Assembly: GCA_043806115.1 (NCBI GenBank)
Contig: JAZDHI010000059.1
Location: 24,349 to 88,348, forward strand
Source of the DNA: Bacteroidota bacterium
GTDB lineage: Bacteria; Bacteroidota; Bacteroidia; Bacteroidales; Lentimicrobiaceae
Length of the DNA: 64,000 nucleotides
Direction of reading: 5' to 3'
Both the position numbers and the translations under genes were made by a program. A model generated the notes under the pieces. That model was not told the DNA's origin and did no database searches. It saw nothing but the letters and a program-made list of their open reading frames with translations. Of this stretch, positions 18,588 through 28,439 are shown in pieces. Position 1 is the first letter of the stretch. Each line of letters starts with the position of its first letter.

Positions 18588-18776
18588 AAGAGGCTATCTC
18601 ATAAGTTAGTATAGGCTTCGTTCCGATAGCTATCGGAACTGCTCAGCCTGACGTCTGATAATCAATCGATTGTCATATTGAGCAGCTTGCCCCCCGCCGA
18701 AGAAGGCGGGACAAGCTGCCCACTTTGGCGGGGTAGTCGAAATATAGACAATCCCTGACTTTTGAGACAGCTTCTT
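18588..18776. mobile_element. MITE-like 189 bp element with imperfect terminal inverted repeats and nested palindromes
   Basis: Left AAGAGGCTATCTCATAAG (18588-18605) matches the reverse complement of right CTTTTGAGACAGCTTCTT (18759-18776) at 15/18. Perfect 20 bp palindrome GTTCCGATAGCTATCGGAAC at 18620-18639. GCAGCTTG...CAAGCTGC hairpin with inner CCCGCC/GGCGGG. Lies between convergent genes; no ORF. Confidence 0.6.
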
Positions 18777-18817
18777 TTATTTGTCAGGTATACCGGTGCA
18801 CTGAATGCACCGGTCGT

Positions 18818-19252
18818 TCAGGGTTGTACAGGACCGGCACTGTAGTTCACTTCTTTGACCTTCTGTCCGGCTTCATCATAAAACATCCAGATTCCCGTTC
18901 GCTTTCCCATGTTAAAATAGCCTTCATAATATTTTTTCCCATTCGAAAAGTAAACTGTGCGCTTCCCATGACTCTCTCCTTTTACAAATTCTCCTTCACT
19001 CCACAACTTCCCGTCTTTATACCACGAAACCCAATGACCGTTCCTGAGCTCATTCTCATAATTGCCTTCCATATATTTTTGCCCGTTTGAATGGAATTGA
19101 ATTTCTTTAATCAGTTGTTGCTTTCCATCGATTTTCCGGTATGTTTTTTCTGATTTTATTTTTCCATCTTCAAATTTTTCCTTTTTAACAGTTGTGCGTG
19201 AACATGAAGCAAGTAAAATCAGAGCAAGTAAGAAATAACAGAGTTTTTGCAT
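18818..19252 (-). CDS. MORN-variant repeat lipoprotein (often auto-labelled YwqK-like)
   Basis: Lipoprotein signal MQKLCYFLLALILLASC from ATG 19252; repeats F/W.Y.NG.K..EG.Y..G.R.G.W. Confidence 0.75.
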   Translation of the reverse strand: MQKLCYFLLALILLASCSRTTVKKEKFEDGKIKSEKTYRKIDGKQQLIKEIQFHSNGQKYMEGNYENELRNGHWVSWYKDGKLWSEGEFVKGESHGKRTVYFSNGKKYYEGYFNMGKRTGIWMFYDEAGQKVKEVNYSAGPVQP

Positions 19253-19274
19253 AGAATACGGGTATTCGGATTTA

Positions 19275-20633
19275 TTATCGGTTAAATAAGAGACGCTCTC
19301 CCATACAGGATTCGTCAAAATGATTGTTATGCCATGCCAGATGACCGCCTACGAAAGTATGGGTTATTGCTGAATGAAATATCTGACCTTCAAAGGGAGA
19401 CCATCCGCACTTATATAAAATATTTTCCGGCATAACAGTCCATGGTGTCGCAGGGTCAACCAATACCAGGTCAGCATGGTACCCTTGCCTGATGAAGCCC
19501 CTGCGATCGATCCCGAAAATGCGGGCCGGAGCATGGCACATCTTTTCAACGACCTTTGCCGGAGAAAGCTTTTCTTCAAAGCTCAATTCAAGCATGGCTA
19601 CCAGTGAATGCTGAACCAATGGTCCTCCGGAAGGGCATGAAAAATAAGTTTTAGCCTTTTCTTCAATGGTATGTGGTGCGTGGTCAGTTGCAACAACATC
19701 AATCCTTCCATCGAGCAATGCCATGAGCAAGGCATCGCGGTCCACTGCTGATTTAATAGCGGGGTTCCATTTGATTCTGGTACCAAGTCTGGTATAATCC
19801 TGATCCGAAAACCATAGGTGATGAACGCAGACTTCAGCAGTGATACGCTTACTTCCATTCGAAGGTTTATTTGAGAGCAGCGATAATTCATCGGCAGTTG
19901 AGAGGTGAAGGATATGTAGCCTGGTGTTGTGCTTTACTGCCAGCTCAACAGCCATTTTGCTTGACTTCAGGCAGGCTTCACGGCTTCGAATCTTCGGGTG
20001 CGCATTCATAGGTATTATTTCACCGTATCTTTCCCTGTAAATTGCCGTATTTGACCGTATTGTTTCCTCATCTTCGCAATGTACAGCAACCAGTGTAGGT
20101 GAATGTTTAAAAATTCCTTCAAGTGTAACCGGGTTGTCAACCAGCATGTTACCGGTTGATGCCCCCATAAAAACCTTCACACCACATACTGTTCTGGGAT
20201 CTGTTTTTACAATCTCAGCGAGGTTGTCGTTCGAAGCACCCATATAAAACGAGTAATTTGCCAGTGATTTATCCCTGGCCAGCCGGTACTTCTGCTCCAG
20301 CAAATCCTGTGTCACGGTATTCGGGATGGTATTTGGCATTTCCATAAATGAGGTGACCCCGCCTGCAACAGCGGCACGGCTTTCAGTAAGAAGGTCTCCC
20401 TTGTGGGTAAGTCCCGGATCACGAAAATGCACCTGGTCATCAATTACACCGGGGAGAAGCCATTTCCCTTCTGCATTAATAATTTCAGCCCCATCAACCC
20501 CTTCAATGCTATCGGGATGGAAAATTCCTTCAGCCACAAAATTGATAAGACCGTTATTGATCAGGACGCTGCCAATGAAAGCACGGCCTTCATTCAGAAT
20601 GGTTGCTCCGGAAATCAGAAATTTTTTCTTCAT
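19275..20633 (-). CDS. pyrC: Dihydroorotase (amidohydrolase superfamily)
   Basis: LPGVIDDQVHFRDPG, GGVTSFMEMPNT, VHCEDE, HILHLST, KWNPAIK, ATDHAPH; likely start ATG 20633. Confidence 0.88.
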   Translation of the reverse strand: MKKKFLISGATILNEGRAFIGSVLINNGLINFVAEGIFHPDSIEGVDGAEIINAEGKWLLPGVIDDQVHFRDPGLTHKGDLLTESRAAVAGGVTSFMEMPNTIPNTVTQDLLEQKYRLARDKSLANYSFYMGASNDNLAEIVKTDPRTVCGVKVFMGASTGNMLVDNPVTLEGIFKHSPTLVAVHCEDEETIRSNTAIYRERYGEIIPMNAHPKIRSREACLKSSKMAVELAVKHNTRLHILHLSTADELSLLSNKPSNGSKRITAEVCVHHLWFSDQDYTRLGTRIKWNPAIKSAVDRDALLMALLDGRIDVVATDHAPHTIEEKAKTYFSCPSGGPLVQHSLVAMLELSFEEKLSPAKVVEKMCHAPARIFGIDRRGFIRQGYHADLVLVDPATPWTVMPENILYKCGWSPFEGQIFHSAITHTFVGGHLAWHNNHFDESCMGERLLFNR

Positions 20634-20710
20634 GGAAAACAATCGGTTACCCGACAACCATCGGGTTTACTCAGCAAAGGTAAGAATAAATAAAGGAAAA
20701 CATATCCTGA

Positions 20711-21442
20711 TCAGGCAGCCTTTTTGGGTCTGATCCGCTTGAAACGCAACTGGATAACACCCAGGATTGCTTCACGGAAAATACCCCGGCTCATTTTTGA
20801 TTCACCTTCAGTGCGATCGGTAAAAATGATAGGAACTTCGATAATTTTAAATCCAAGCTTCCAGGCTGTATATTTCATTTCAATCTGAAAAGCATATCCG
20901 GTAAATTTTATCCGGTCGAAATCGATGGTATCCAGCAATTTTCTCCTGTAACACTTAAATCCGGCCGTGGTATCCATTATTTTCATCCGGGTAACCAAAC
21001 GGACATAATAGGAAGCAAAATATGACATTAAAACCCTTCCCATAGGCCAGTTGACCACATTCACACCTTTTATGTAACGGGATCCTATTGCCACATCTCC
21101 TCCCTGGTTTGCACAGGCATCGTAAAGTTTCAGCAGATCATCGGGATTGTGTGAAAAATCAGCATCCATTTCAAATACAAATGAATACTCCCTGCTGAGT
21201 GCCCATCTGAAACCATGAATATAAGCTGTACCCAGACCCAGTTTCCCTTTCCGTTCCTCCATATGCAACCGACCCTGGAATTCAGGCATCAACGACCTGA
21301 CAATTGCGGCGGTACCATCGGGGGAATTATCCTCAACAATGAGGACATCAAACTCTTTACTTAACGAAAATACTTTGCGAATAATACGCTCAATATTCTC
21401 TTTCTCGTTGAAGGTTGGGATTACTACCAGACTGTCTTTCAC
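20711..21442 (-). CDS. Polyprenol-monophosphomannose synthase-like GT2
   Basis: IIPTFNE-like VIPTFNEKEN, DNSPDGT, LGLGTAY, MDADFSH, GSRY, D.T.GFKCYR, GYAFQIE. Confidence 0.88.
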   Translation of the reverse strand: MKDSLVVIPTFNEKENIERIIRKVFSLSKEFDVLIVEDNSPDGTAAIVRSLMPEFQGRLHMEERKGKLGLGTAYIHGFRWALSREYSFVFEMDADFSHNPDDLLKLYDACANQGGDVAIGSRYIKGVNVVNWPMGRVLMSYFASYYVRLVTRMKIMDTTAGFKCYRRKLLDTIDFDRIKFTGYAFQIEMKYTAWKLGFKIIEVPIIFTDRTEGESKMSRGIFREAILGVIQLRFKRIRPKKAA

Positions 21443-21518
21443 AAAATATCGGATTAAGATGCGAAATTATATCTATTTCATTAAAATAAAAACCCAAAAG
21501 ATGTTAATCGGTAATGCA

Positions 21519-22568
21519 TCAGTTCTTCTCTTTAATAAGGAATACATATGTGGGGAAATGGTCGCTGTAACCTCCGGCATAGGCTCCTCCTGCAAAGGTT
21601 CTGAAAGGGTACCCCGCATAGGGGCCGTCTTTTTGAATCAGGAACTTCTCGTTGTAAATTCTGGCTTTGTAAAACTTCCAGTTTTTCCCGGGTTCAGAAA
21701 GCAGTGGTTCTGAAATAATAATCTGATCAAAAAGATTCCATGAATCACGGTATGCGAGGGATCCAATCCCGTCGCGATGGAGTTGCCAGAAAGGATTAAA
21801 CAGGTCACCAGATGCCACATCTTCTTTCTTTCCCTTAGCGCCCAGAAACTTTGCAACACTCTTGTCGGTGGGATCATCGTTCAGGTCACCCATAATAAAG
21901 ATTTTCGCATTTTTATGAACCCTGGCAAGAGAATCGCTCAGGGCCCTGCTGAGTTTGGCAGCGGCTTCACGGTATTCAGGACCATTGCCCCTCGATGGCC
22001 AGTGGTTAACAATAATGCTGACCATTTCTCCGTCAAGTTCTCCACTCACCACGAGCTGATCCCTGGTAAACCAGGATGAATCGCCGGGCATATAAACCCT
22101 GTTGGAAGTTGCATTTATAACTTTAAAAACCGCCGGATTATAAAGAAGGCCGACGTCAACCCCTCGCCGGTCGGGTGAATCAAAATGAACGATCTGATAA
22201 CCTGTATTTTTTAATGCAGGTGTTTTCACCAGATCTTCCAGTACACCCCGGTTCTCAATCTCAGAAACACCGATGACAGACGGGCCTCCTTTGACCATTT
22301 CCGAACCAATACCGGCAATAACTTTTGACATGTTGGCCAGTTTGGCTTCATAGCGCTGTGTAGTCCACCGGTTGCTTCCTCCGGGCAGAAATTCCGCATC
22401 GTTGGTATTCGGATCATCAATGGTATCGAACAGGTTTTCAACATTGTAAAATGCAATACATGATGCCTTGTAGGTCTTTTCCTGAGCTACGGACAACAAG
22501 CCGGGGAATAACAACAATACAATCAGAAGCACCTTTAACGGGCTGAAATTTAATGAGGAGATTATCAT
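21519..22568 (-). CDS. Secreted endonuclease/exonuclease/phosphatase (EEP) family nuclease
   Basis: Signal peptide; FYNVENLFD, GVSEIEN, VNHWPSR, MGDLND, FDQIII, YSDHFP. Confidence 0.88.
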   Translation of the reverse strand: MIISSLNFSPLKVLLIVLLLFPGLLSVAQEKTYKASCIAFYNVENLFDTIDDPNTNDAEFLPGGSNRWTTQRYEAKLANMSKVIAGIGSEMVKGGPSVIGVSEIENRGVLEDLVKTPALKNTGYQIVHFDSPDRRGVDVGLLYNPAVFKVINATSNRVYMPGDSSWFTRDQLVVSGELDGEMVSIIVNHWPSRGNGPEYREAAAKLSRALSDSLARVHKNAKIFIMGDLNDDPTDKSVAKFLGAKGKKEDVASGDLFNPFWQLHRDGIGSLAYRDSWNLFDQIIISEPLLSEPGKNWKFYKARIYNEKFLIQKDGPYAGYPFRTFAGGAYAGGYSDHFPTYVFLIKEKN

Positions 22569-22615
22569 AATCAGGCAATTAGTTTTCTCGGTATACCCTT
22601 TCCGGGAAGGGGCAA

Positions 22616-22623
22616 CAAATATA
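22616..22623 (-). promoter_or_regulatory. -7 box (TATATTTG) for the EEP gene
   Basis: CAAATATA on the + strand in the divergent intergenic gap. Confidence 0.5.
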
Positions 22624-22809
22624 TTTATAATCTTACATTAAACTACAGAACAGGAGGTTAATTCTTTTATTATATTATTCATGAGAAAAATTTTAACATA
22701 GCCGCTTTTTTTCGTTCATTTGCAAACATTTATTAATTTGGCTGTTTTTACCCCAAAAAAAACGACATCTAATTCAAAATACAATCGTATTCTCTCTAAA
22801 AAAATCCTC

Positions 22810-25548
22810 ATGAAACAAAAGCTTTTAATCCTGATACTGGCATTCAGCCCGTGGCTTGGATTGTTTGCTCAAACCGGTACAGTTTCAGGTCGGGTAACCG
22901 ATTCGGAAAGTGATAAAGCAATTCCTTCTGTAACGGTGAAAGTAGCAACCCAACAAACAGTAACTGATGCAGATGGGAAATTTAAACTCGATGGCATCAA
23001 TTTCGGTGATGTTATGATAGAGTTTTCCAGTGAAGGTTACCTGTTGATTATCAGACAGGTAAAGATAGCCGGGGAAATTGAACTCGGAACAATAAAAATG
23101 TCTCCGGCGCTGGGTTCCGGCACACAGTCGGGTGGCTTATCAGAAGTTAACATCGGATCTCTTGACTCCGAAGATGAATCAAACGTACAAGACATCAGCG
23201 GATTGCTCAGTTCAAGCGACGACATTTTTTCCTCAATTGCTTCATATACGTTTGGTCCGCTGTATTTCAGAAAGCGTGGTTATGACAATGATTATAACCT
23301 GACATACATCGGTAATACACCCATAAGTGATGTTGAAACGGGTCGTACAACCTGGGCTATCTGGGGCGGTTTGAATGATGCTACCCGGAATAAGGTCTCT
23401 GAATCAGGACTGGCACCATCTTCATTTTCTTTCGGCAGTGTTGGTGGTAACACCAATATTATCTTACGGGCCTCACAACATAGGGCACAGACCAAACTCA
23501 CCTACAGTCTGTCGAACAAAACAAATACCAACAGACTCATGATTACCCACTCAACCGGCATGTTAGACAATGGCTGGGCATTAACTGTCAGTGGGTCGAG
23601 AAGATGGGGGCAGGAAGGCTATGTTGAGGGAACTTATTACGATGCATGGTCATGGTTCGTTGGAATTGAAAAAGAGCTCAATAAAAAACACAGCATTTCA
23701 TTATCGGCCTTTGCCGCACCTGTCCGTAGGGGGATGCAGGGAGGTTCCGTTCAGGAAGCCTATAATATAACCGGTTCAAATTACTACAATCCGAACTGGG
23801 GTTTTCAGAACGGCGAGAAACGAAATGCACGCGAAAGGATTATGAATCAACCTGTGGTTATTTTTAACCATTATTGGAAAATAAATGAAAAAACAAAATT
23901 AACCAATGCAGTAACTTATTTGTTCGGCGAGACAGGAACAACAGCACTTAACTGGTACAATGCCGCTGATCCACGTCCTGACTACTATCGTTACCTGCCT
24001 AGTTATTTCCCATCAACCGGCGAGTTACTAAGCCAGATACTATACAATCCTGAACTTGAGGAAGACATGAGACAGGTTTGGCTATCTGATGATGGCACAG
24101 CACAAATCAATTGGGATAATCTTTATCAGCAAAATTTGCTGGCGAATCTTGAAGGAGAGCAAGCCCGCTATATTCTTGAAAACCGGCATACCGACCAAAA
24201 ACAGATCAGTTTTACTTCAAATATTGTACATGAGTTAAATAACAACACGAAAATTAACGGTGGATTCGAATACGCTTCCAACACAGGCAGTTATTATAAA
24301 ACTGTTCACGATATCCTGGGTGGAAATTACTGGGTTGATAAAGATCAGTTTGCCGAACGCGATTTCCCTGGCAACGATTCAACCATCCAGAATGACCTGA
24401 ATAATCCAAACCGCATAGTTAAAGAAGGGGATAAATACGGCTATGACTATCAGCTTCATCAAAACTCTGCGAATTTATGGGGTACCGCAAATTTTACATC
24501 GCAAAGACTAGACTATTATGCCGGCCTGCAGCTAGTCTATACGTCATTCTGGCGCGAGGGCTTTATGCGTAATGGCCGTTTCCCTGAAACTTCATACGGA
24601 AATGGAGAAAAACACAATTTCGTCGATTATTCAATTAAAGCCGGAGCAACCTATAAAATCACCGGTCGCCATTTTATCGAATTCAACACGGCATTCTTAA
24701 CAATGGCGCCTAATCTGCGTAACTCTTACCTTTCTTCCCGCATCCGCGATGCAGTGGTCCCTTTTATTTCAAGTGAAGAGATTTTAGGTGGAGAATTGAG
24801 TTATCATCTTCGTGCACCGTTGGTTAAAGCAAGGGTTACCATTTATCATACGATTTTCAATAACCAAAGTGAAGTAACCAGTTTTTATCATGATAACCTG
24901 CGCACTTTCGTGAACTATGCAACCTATGGAATCAGCAGGGTACACCAGGGAATCGAAGCCGGGGCTGAGGTTAAGATTTCTCCGGCATTTGCAGTTGTTG
25001 CAGCAGCCAATCTGGGAAATTATCGTTATACAAATCGGCCTACAGCTATCATTACCGTAGAAAACGGATCGCAACCCGATATCAGGAGGCTGATATATCA
25101 GAAATATTTCTTTGTACCCGGTTCACCTCAGACTGCCTATTCCTTAGGGCTGAAATATTCCGGACCCAGGTATTTATTTGTCGATGTCAGTGTTAATTAT
25201 TTCGACAATAATTATCTTGATTTTAATCCGGAACGTCGTACCTCAGCAGCTATTGATTACATTTATGATATGGAATCACCATTGATTGATGAGATAACAA
25301 GGCAGGAAAAATTACCCAGTGCCTTTACCGTTGATGCATCCATTGGTAAATCATTCAGACTTTTCGATAAATACTTTCTTAACCTGAACCTGAGCATCAA
25401 CAATCTTCTCGATAATAAGGAAATTGTTACCGGCGGATATGAGCAAAGCCGGTTTGATTTTCTGAATTCCAATATAAATAAATTCGAACCAAAACGATAT
25501 TATTACTTCGGAAGGACATTTTTCCTGAACATCGGCTTCCGCTTTTAA
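22810..25548 (+). CDS. TonB-dependent transporter with N-terminal carboxypeptidase-regulatory-like domain
   Basis: Signal peptide from ATG 22810; GTVSGRVTD...T.TDADGKF.L N-domain; plug-like FRKRGYD; beta-barrel with terminal GRTFFLNIGFRF. Confidence 0.88.
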   Translation: MKQKLLILILAFSPWLGLFAQTGTVSGRVTDSESDKAIPSVTVKVATQQTVTDADGKFKLDGINFGDVMIEFSSEGYLLIIRQVKIAGEIELGTIKMSPALGSGTQSGGLSEVNIGSLDSEDESNVQDISGLLSSSDDIFSSIASYTFGPLYFRKRGYDNDYNLTYIGNTPISDVETGRTTWAIWGGLNDATRNKVSESGLAPSSFSFGSVGGNTNIILRASQHRAQTKLTYSLSNKTNTNRLMITHSTGMLDNGWALTVSGSRRWGQEGYVEGTYYDAWSWFVGIEKELNKKHSISLSAFAAPVRRGMQGGSVQEAYNITGSNYYNPNWGFQNGEKRNARERIMNQPVVIFNHYWKINEKTKLTNAVTYLFGETGTTALNWYNAADPRPDYYRYLPSYFPSTGELLSQILYNPELEEDMRQVWLSDDGTAQINWDNLYQQNLLANLEGEQARYILENRHTDQKQISFTSNIVHELNNNTKINGGFEYASNTGSYYKTVHDILGGNYWVDKDQFAERDFPGNDSTIQNDLNNPNRIVKEGDKYGYDYQLHQNSANLWGTANFTSQRLDYYAGLQLVYTSFWREGFMRNGRFPETSYGNGEKHNFVDYSIKAGATYKITGRHFIEFNTAFLTMAPNLRNSYLSSRIRDAVVPFISSEEILGGELSYHLRAPLVKARVTIYHTIFNNQSEVTSFYHDNLRTFVNYATYGISRVHQGIEAGAEVKISPAFAVVAAANLGNYRYTNRPTAIITVENGSQPDIRRLIYQKYFFVPGSPQTAYSLGLKYSGPRYLFVDVSVNYFDNNYLDFNPERRTSAAIDYIYDMESPLIDEITRQEKLPSAFTVDASIGKSFRLFDKYFLNLNLSINNLLDNKEIVTGGYEQSRFDFLNSNINKFEPKRYYYFGRTFFLNIGFRF

Positions 25549-25557
25549 TCCCCAATT

Positions 25558-27243
25558 ATGAAAAAACAAACAAAATATATGAAAAAGATTTGGCAACTTT
25601 TTGCAGGGCTTGTATTGATCCTTGCATCAACCACGTTCACATCCTGTGTTGATGATGAATTTGACGTACCTGAAATGTATATTCCCAAGGTTGATTTCGA
25701 CCGGAATACTACCATCGCGGATCTGAAAGCAACATATACCGGATTGGAACTTATTGAGGAAGATATTATCATCAGTGGTATTGTTGTTGCAAACGACAAG
25801 AGTGGTAATCTCTATAAGAAAATGGTAATCCAGGATGAAACCGGTGGTATCGAACTTTCGCTCGATAAAACCTATCTCTGCAATGAATTCTGGGTTGGAC
25901 AAAGGGTTTTCGTAAAGTGTCAAGGCATGTATATCGGCGATTACGGCGAATTGATCCAGTTGGGATATGAGGTGGATGGACTGATTGACGGGTTACCACT
26001 GACCTATATCCCTTTACATATTTTCCGTGACAGCATTCCGGGCGAGGAAATTGAACCCCGGGTTATTGCTATAAATGAAGTTAATGATGATCTCCTCAGC
26101 ACCCTTGTAACATTTAATAATGTTCGTTTTGCTGATGGTGGTAAAGATATATGGGCCACTAAGCTTTACAGTGCGTCGAACCACACCATGACCGATCAGG
26201 CTGGAAATGAAATCGTTGTGCGGACAAGCAGTTATGCAAACTTTGCAAGTGATACCATTCCCAGGGGATTTGGCACCATTACCGGAATACTTACCAGATT
26301 CAATTCAACCTGGCAGGTTACCATCCGCGATACAAGTGATATTCAGGATTTCAGTAATATCATTCCTCCTCCTCCCGGTAGTGGTTCGGGTACCTTTGAA
26401 GATCCTTATGATGTTGCCCGAGGTATCGGTTCATCCGGAACAGACCCTGTCTGGGTCGAAGGATATATTGTTGGGGCCTATGAAACCGATGTTGATCCCT
26501 TTGCAGCTAATTTTGCATCTCCTTTCAGGACCAATTCAAATCTGCTGATAGCTGATTCACCTGCGGAAACCAATGTTTTCAATTGTATGCCGGTTCAACT
26601 ACCTTCAGGCGCTATCCGCGATGCTCTTAATCTGGTGACAGTTCCAGGCAATCAAGGTAAACTGGTAAAAGTGCTTGGAACGCTTGAATCCTATTTTTCC
26701 CTGCCAGGTATCAAAAATCTTAGCGGTTACTGGCTTGACGGTAATGGTATTGTACCTGCCACCGGTTTTTATACAGAAGAATTTAATGAATCTCTTGGGT
26801 CCTTTACACAGTTCAGCGTTACCGGCGATCAGGTATGGTTTGGCGATACATTTGACGGAGGGTGCGTAACCATGACCGGCTATGTTAACCCGGGCTATGA
26901 AGCCAATGAAGACTGGTTGATTTCCCCTTCAATCTCCCTGGCTGGTAAAACCGGTGTAAACATGGTTTTCCGTGAAGCAATCAACTACATTGAGACAATG
27001 AACGATTATAAAGTTTTTGTATCAACCAATTATAGCGGAACCGGCGACCCGAATTCAGCATCCTGGACGGAACTCACCGGTTTTACCCGCTCCACCGGAT
27101 CATCCTGGACTTTTGTCAATACCAGCAATATCAGCCTTGCTGCATACGAGGGCCAGGATATTAGAATCGCCTTCAAGTATACAAGCACTTCCACGAAAGC
27201 CGGAACCTGGGAAATCAGCAGAATGGTAGTGAGTGCCGATTAA
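25558..27243 (+). CDS. Surface lipoprotein with DUF5689-like OB folds, a DUF6359-like module and a choice-of-anchor-J-like C-terminal domain
   Basis: Lipobox FTSC (alternative start 25579); ISGIVVAND.SGN.YK...IQDETGGI; VRTSSYANFA...G.GTITGIL; DPY.V...VWVEGYIVG; NEDWLISP...AFKY...WEI. Confidence 0.75.
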   Translation: MKKQTKYMKKIWQLFAGLVLILASTTFTSCVDDEFDVPEMYIPKVDFDRNTTIADLKATYTGLELIEEDIIISGIVVANDKSGNLYKKMVIQDETGGIELSLDKTYLCNEFWVGQRVFVKCQGMYIGDYGELIQLGYEVDGLIDGLPLTYIPLHIFRDSIPGEEIEPRVIAINEVNDDLLSTLVTFNNVRFADGGKDIWATKLYSASNHTMTDQAGNEIVVRTSSYANFASDTIPRGFGTITGILTRFNSTWQVTIRDTSDIQDFSNIIPPPPGSGSGTFEDPYDVARGIGSSGTDPVWVEGYIVGAYETDVDPFAANFASPFRTNSNLLIADSPAETNVFNCMPVQLPSGAIRDALNLVTVPGNQGKLVKVLGTLESYFSLPGIKNLSGYWLDGNGIVPATGFYTEEFNESLGSFTQFSVTGDQVWFGDTFDGGCVTMTGYVNPGYEANEDWLISPSISLAGKTGVNMVFREAINYIETMNDYKVFVSTNYSGTGDPNSASWTELTGFTRSTGSSWTFVNTSNISLAAYEGQDIRIAFKYTSTSTKAGTWEISRMVVSAD

Positions 27244-27262
27244 AATTTGTTTTCGATCATTA

Positions 27263-27297
27263 ATAACAAAGGCTGCCCGGCGGGCAGCCTTTGTTAT
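27263..27297. terminator. Strong intrinsic terminator closing the TBDT operon
   Basis: Perfect 16 bp inverted repeat ATAACAAAGGCTGCCC / GGGCAGCCTTTGTTAT. Confidence 0.85.
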
Positions 27298-27570
27298 CTT
27301 TACGCTGGTATTGATTTTTCATGAATTCTGATTGTTTCGTATTATTGTATTTAATCAGGCAGAATGTAAGAAAAATATCAGATCTTTATGTCAGAAGCCT
27401 TTAACAGGCACCGGCCACCCTAAAAAAGGAAGATTATGTTTAAAATCGATTTCCCATTCTGTACTTGTCATTACTCCTGAAGGAATAAGATGGCGACTTT
27501 TTTTGTTCACAGCTTTCATATTTTCCCCTCATGCCGAAGATCAATCTATTGATAATAAAATCTCTTTCCC

Positions 27571-28127
27571 GTGTACAAGATATTCTTCATTCTCCTGTGC
27601 CTTTCAGGAACAAGTAACACTTATTGTCAGACCATTTATTCTGTAAATACTGATTCTTTACTTTATATTGAATCCGGAAATTTTATTAATACAATAAACA
27701 GAGACTATATTAGAAATAGCAAATATGTTGTATTTGTTATCAGAGGAGTTGAGAACGATACTGCAGGGAACTCATTTGTTTTATCATTAAGTTATATCCT
27801 GAATTCATATGACTTTGATTTAGTGCCACCATCGCACTATTTTTATATCGATAATAACCTGATAATACTCACTCTCAATGACAATTTTAATATCAAACAC
27901 CTTACTGTGTTCAATCCTGAAACAATTTCTGAATCAGAACGAGAAATGATACAAAAAAACTGTTTCCTAAAGAAATTGGAGGAATAACCTACTCTTCACA
28001 AGGACTGTTATTAATAAAACGTGAAGATGAAGTTGTTTCAACTTTCTATAAAAATGTCGATTTGATGCCTCAGAATAGTCAGAGGTATTTGAATATGCCA
28101 TCAGGAACAATGATCAAAACAAAATAA
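27571..28127 (+). pseudogene. AT-rich hypothetical exported protein apparently frameshifted in an A7 tract
   Basis: GTG start with signal-like N-terminus; ORF stops at 27987, but another frame stays open from the A7 run (27953-27959) to TAA 28125-28127 and reads LFPKEIGGITYSSQGLLLIKRE... Confidence 0.45.
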
Positions 28128-28439
28128 TACTGTGATATTCATCTGGTTAGGGGGGTATCCTTGAATTCTCTGAATAATAATTCCGGAAAAGATCCGAAAC
28201 GTATAAAGTAATAAGGGAATTTTTACACGACTTCATTACTTTGTTTAGCAAAACCCCGAAATTGATGAGGAAAAGCCGGCTTGTCTCAGTGTCAATTTTA
28301 TAAAACAAAAACTGATTTTTCAAAACTGAGGCCATAATATGCCTGAAAAGTTCACCTCCGCAAAAAGAACTCAGGAACAAAAAGTCTCTCAATCATCAGC
28401 ACTCTCTTTGCCCCCGGGTCTTCGCGATATTGTTCCCAT

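Noticed and set aside
18818-19318. Toxin-antitoxin antitoxin (YwqK label)
   Set aside because: It is a MORN-repeat lipoprotein downstream of pyrC with no adjacent toxin; the longer 19318 start overlaps pyrC and hides the signal peptide.
28147-28392. 81 aa ORF after mfd as an IS remnant
   Set aside because: No transposase motif or inverted repeats seen.
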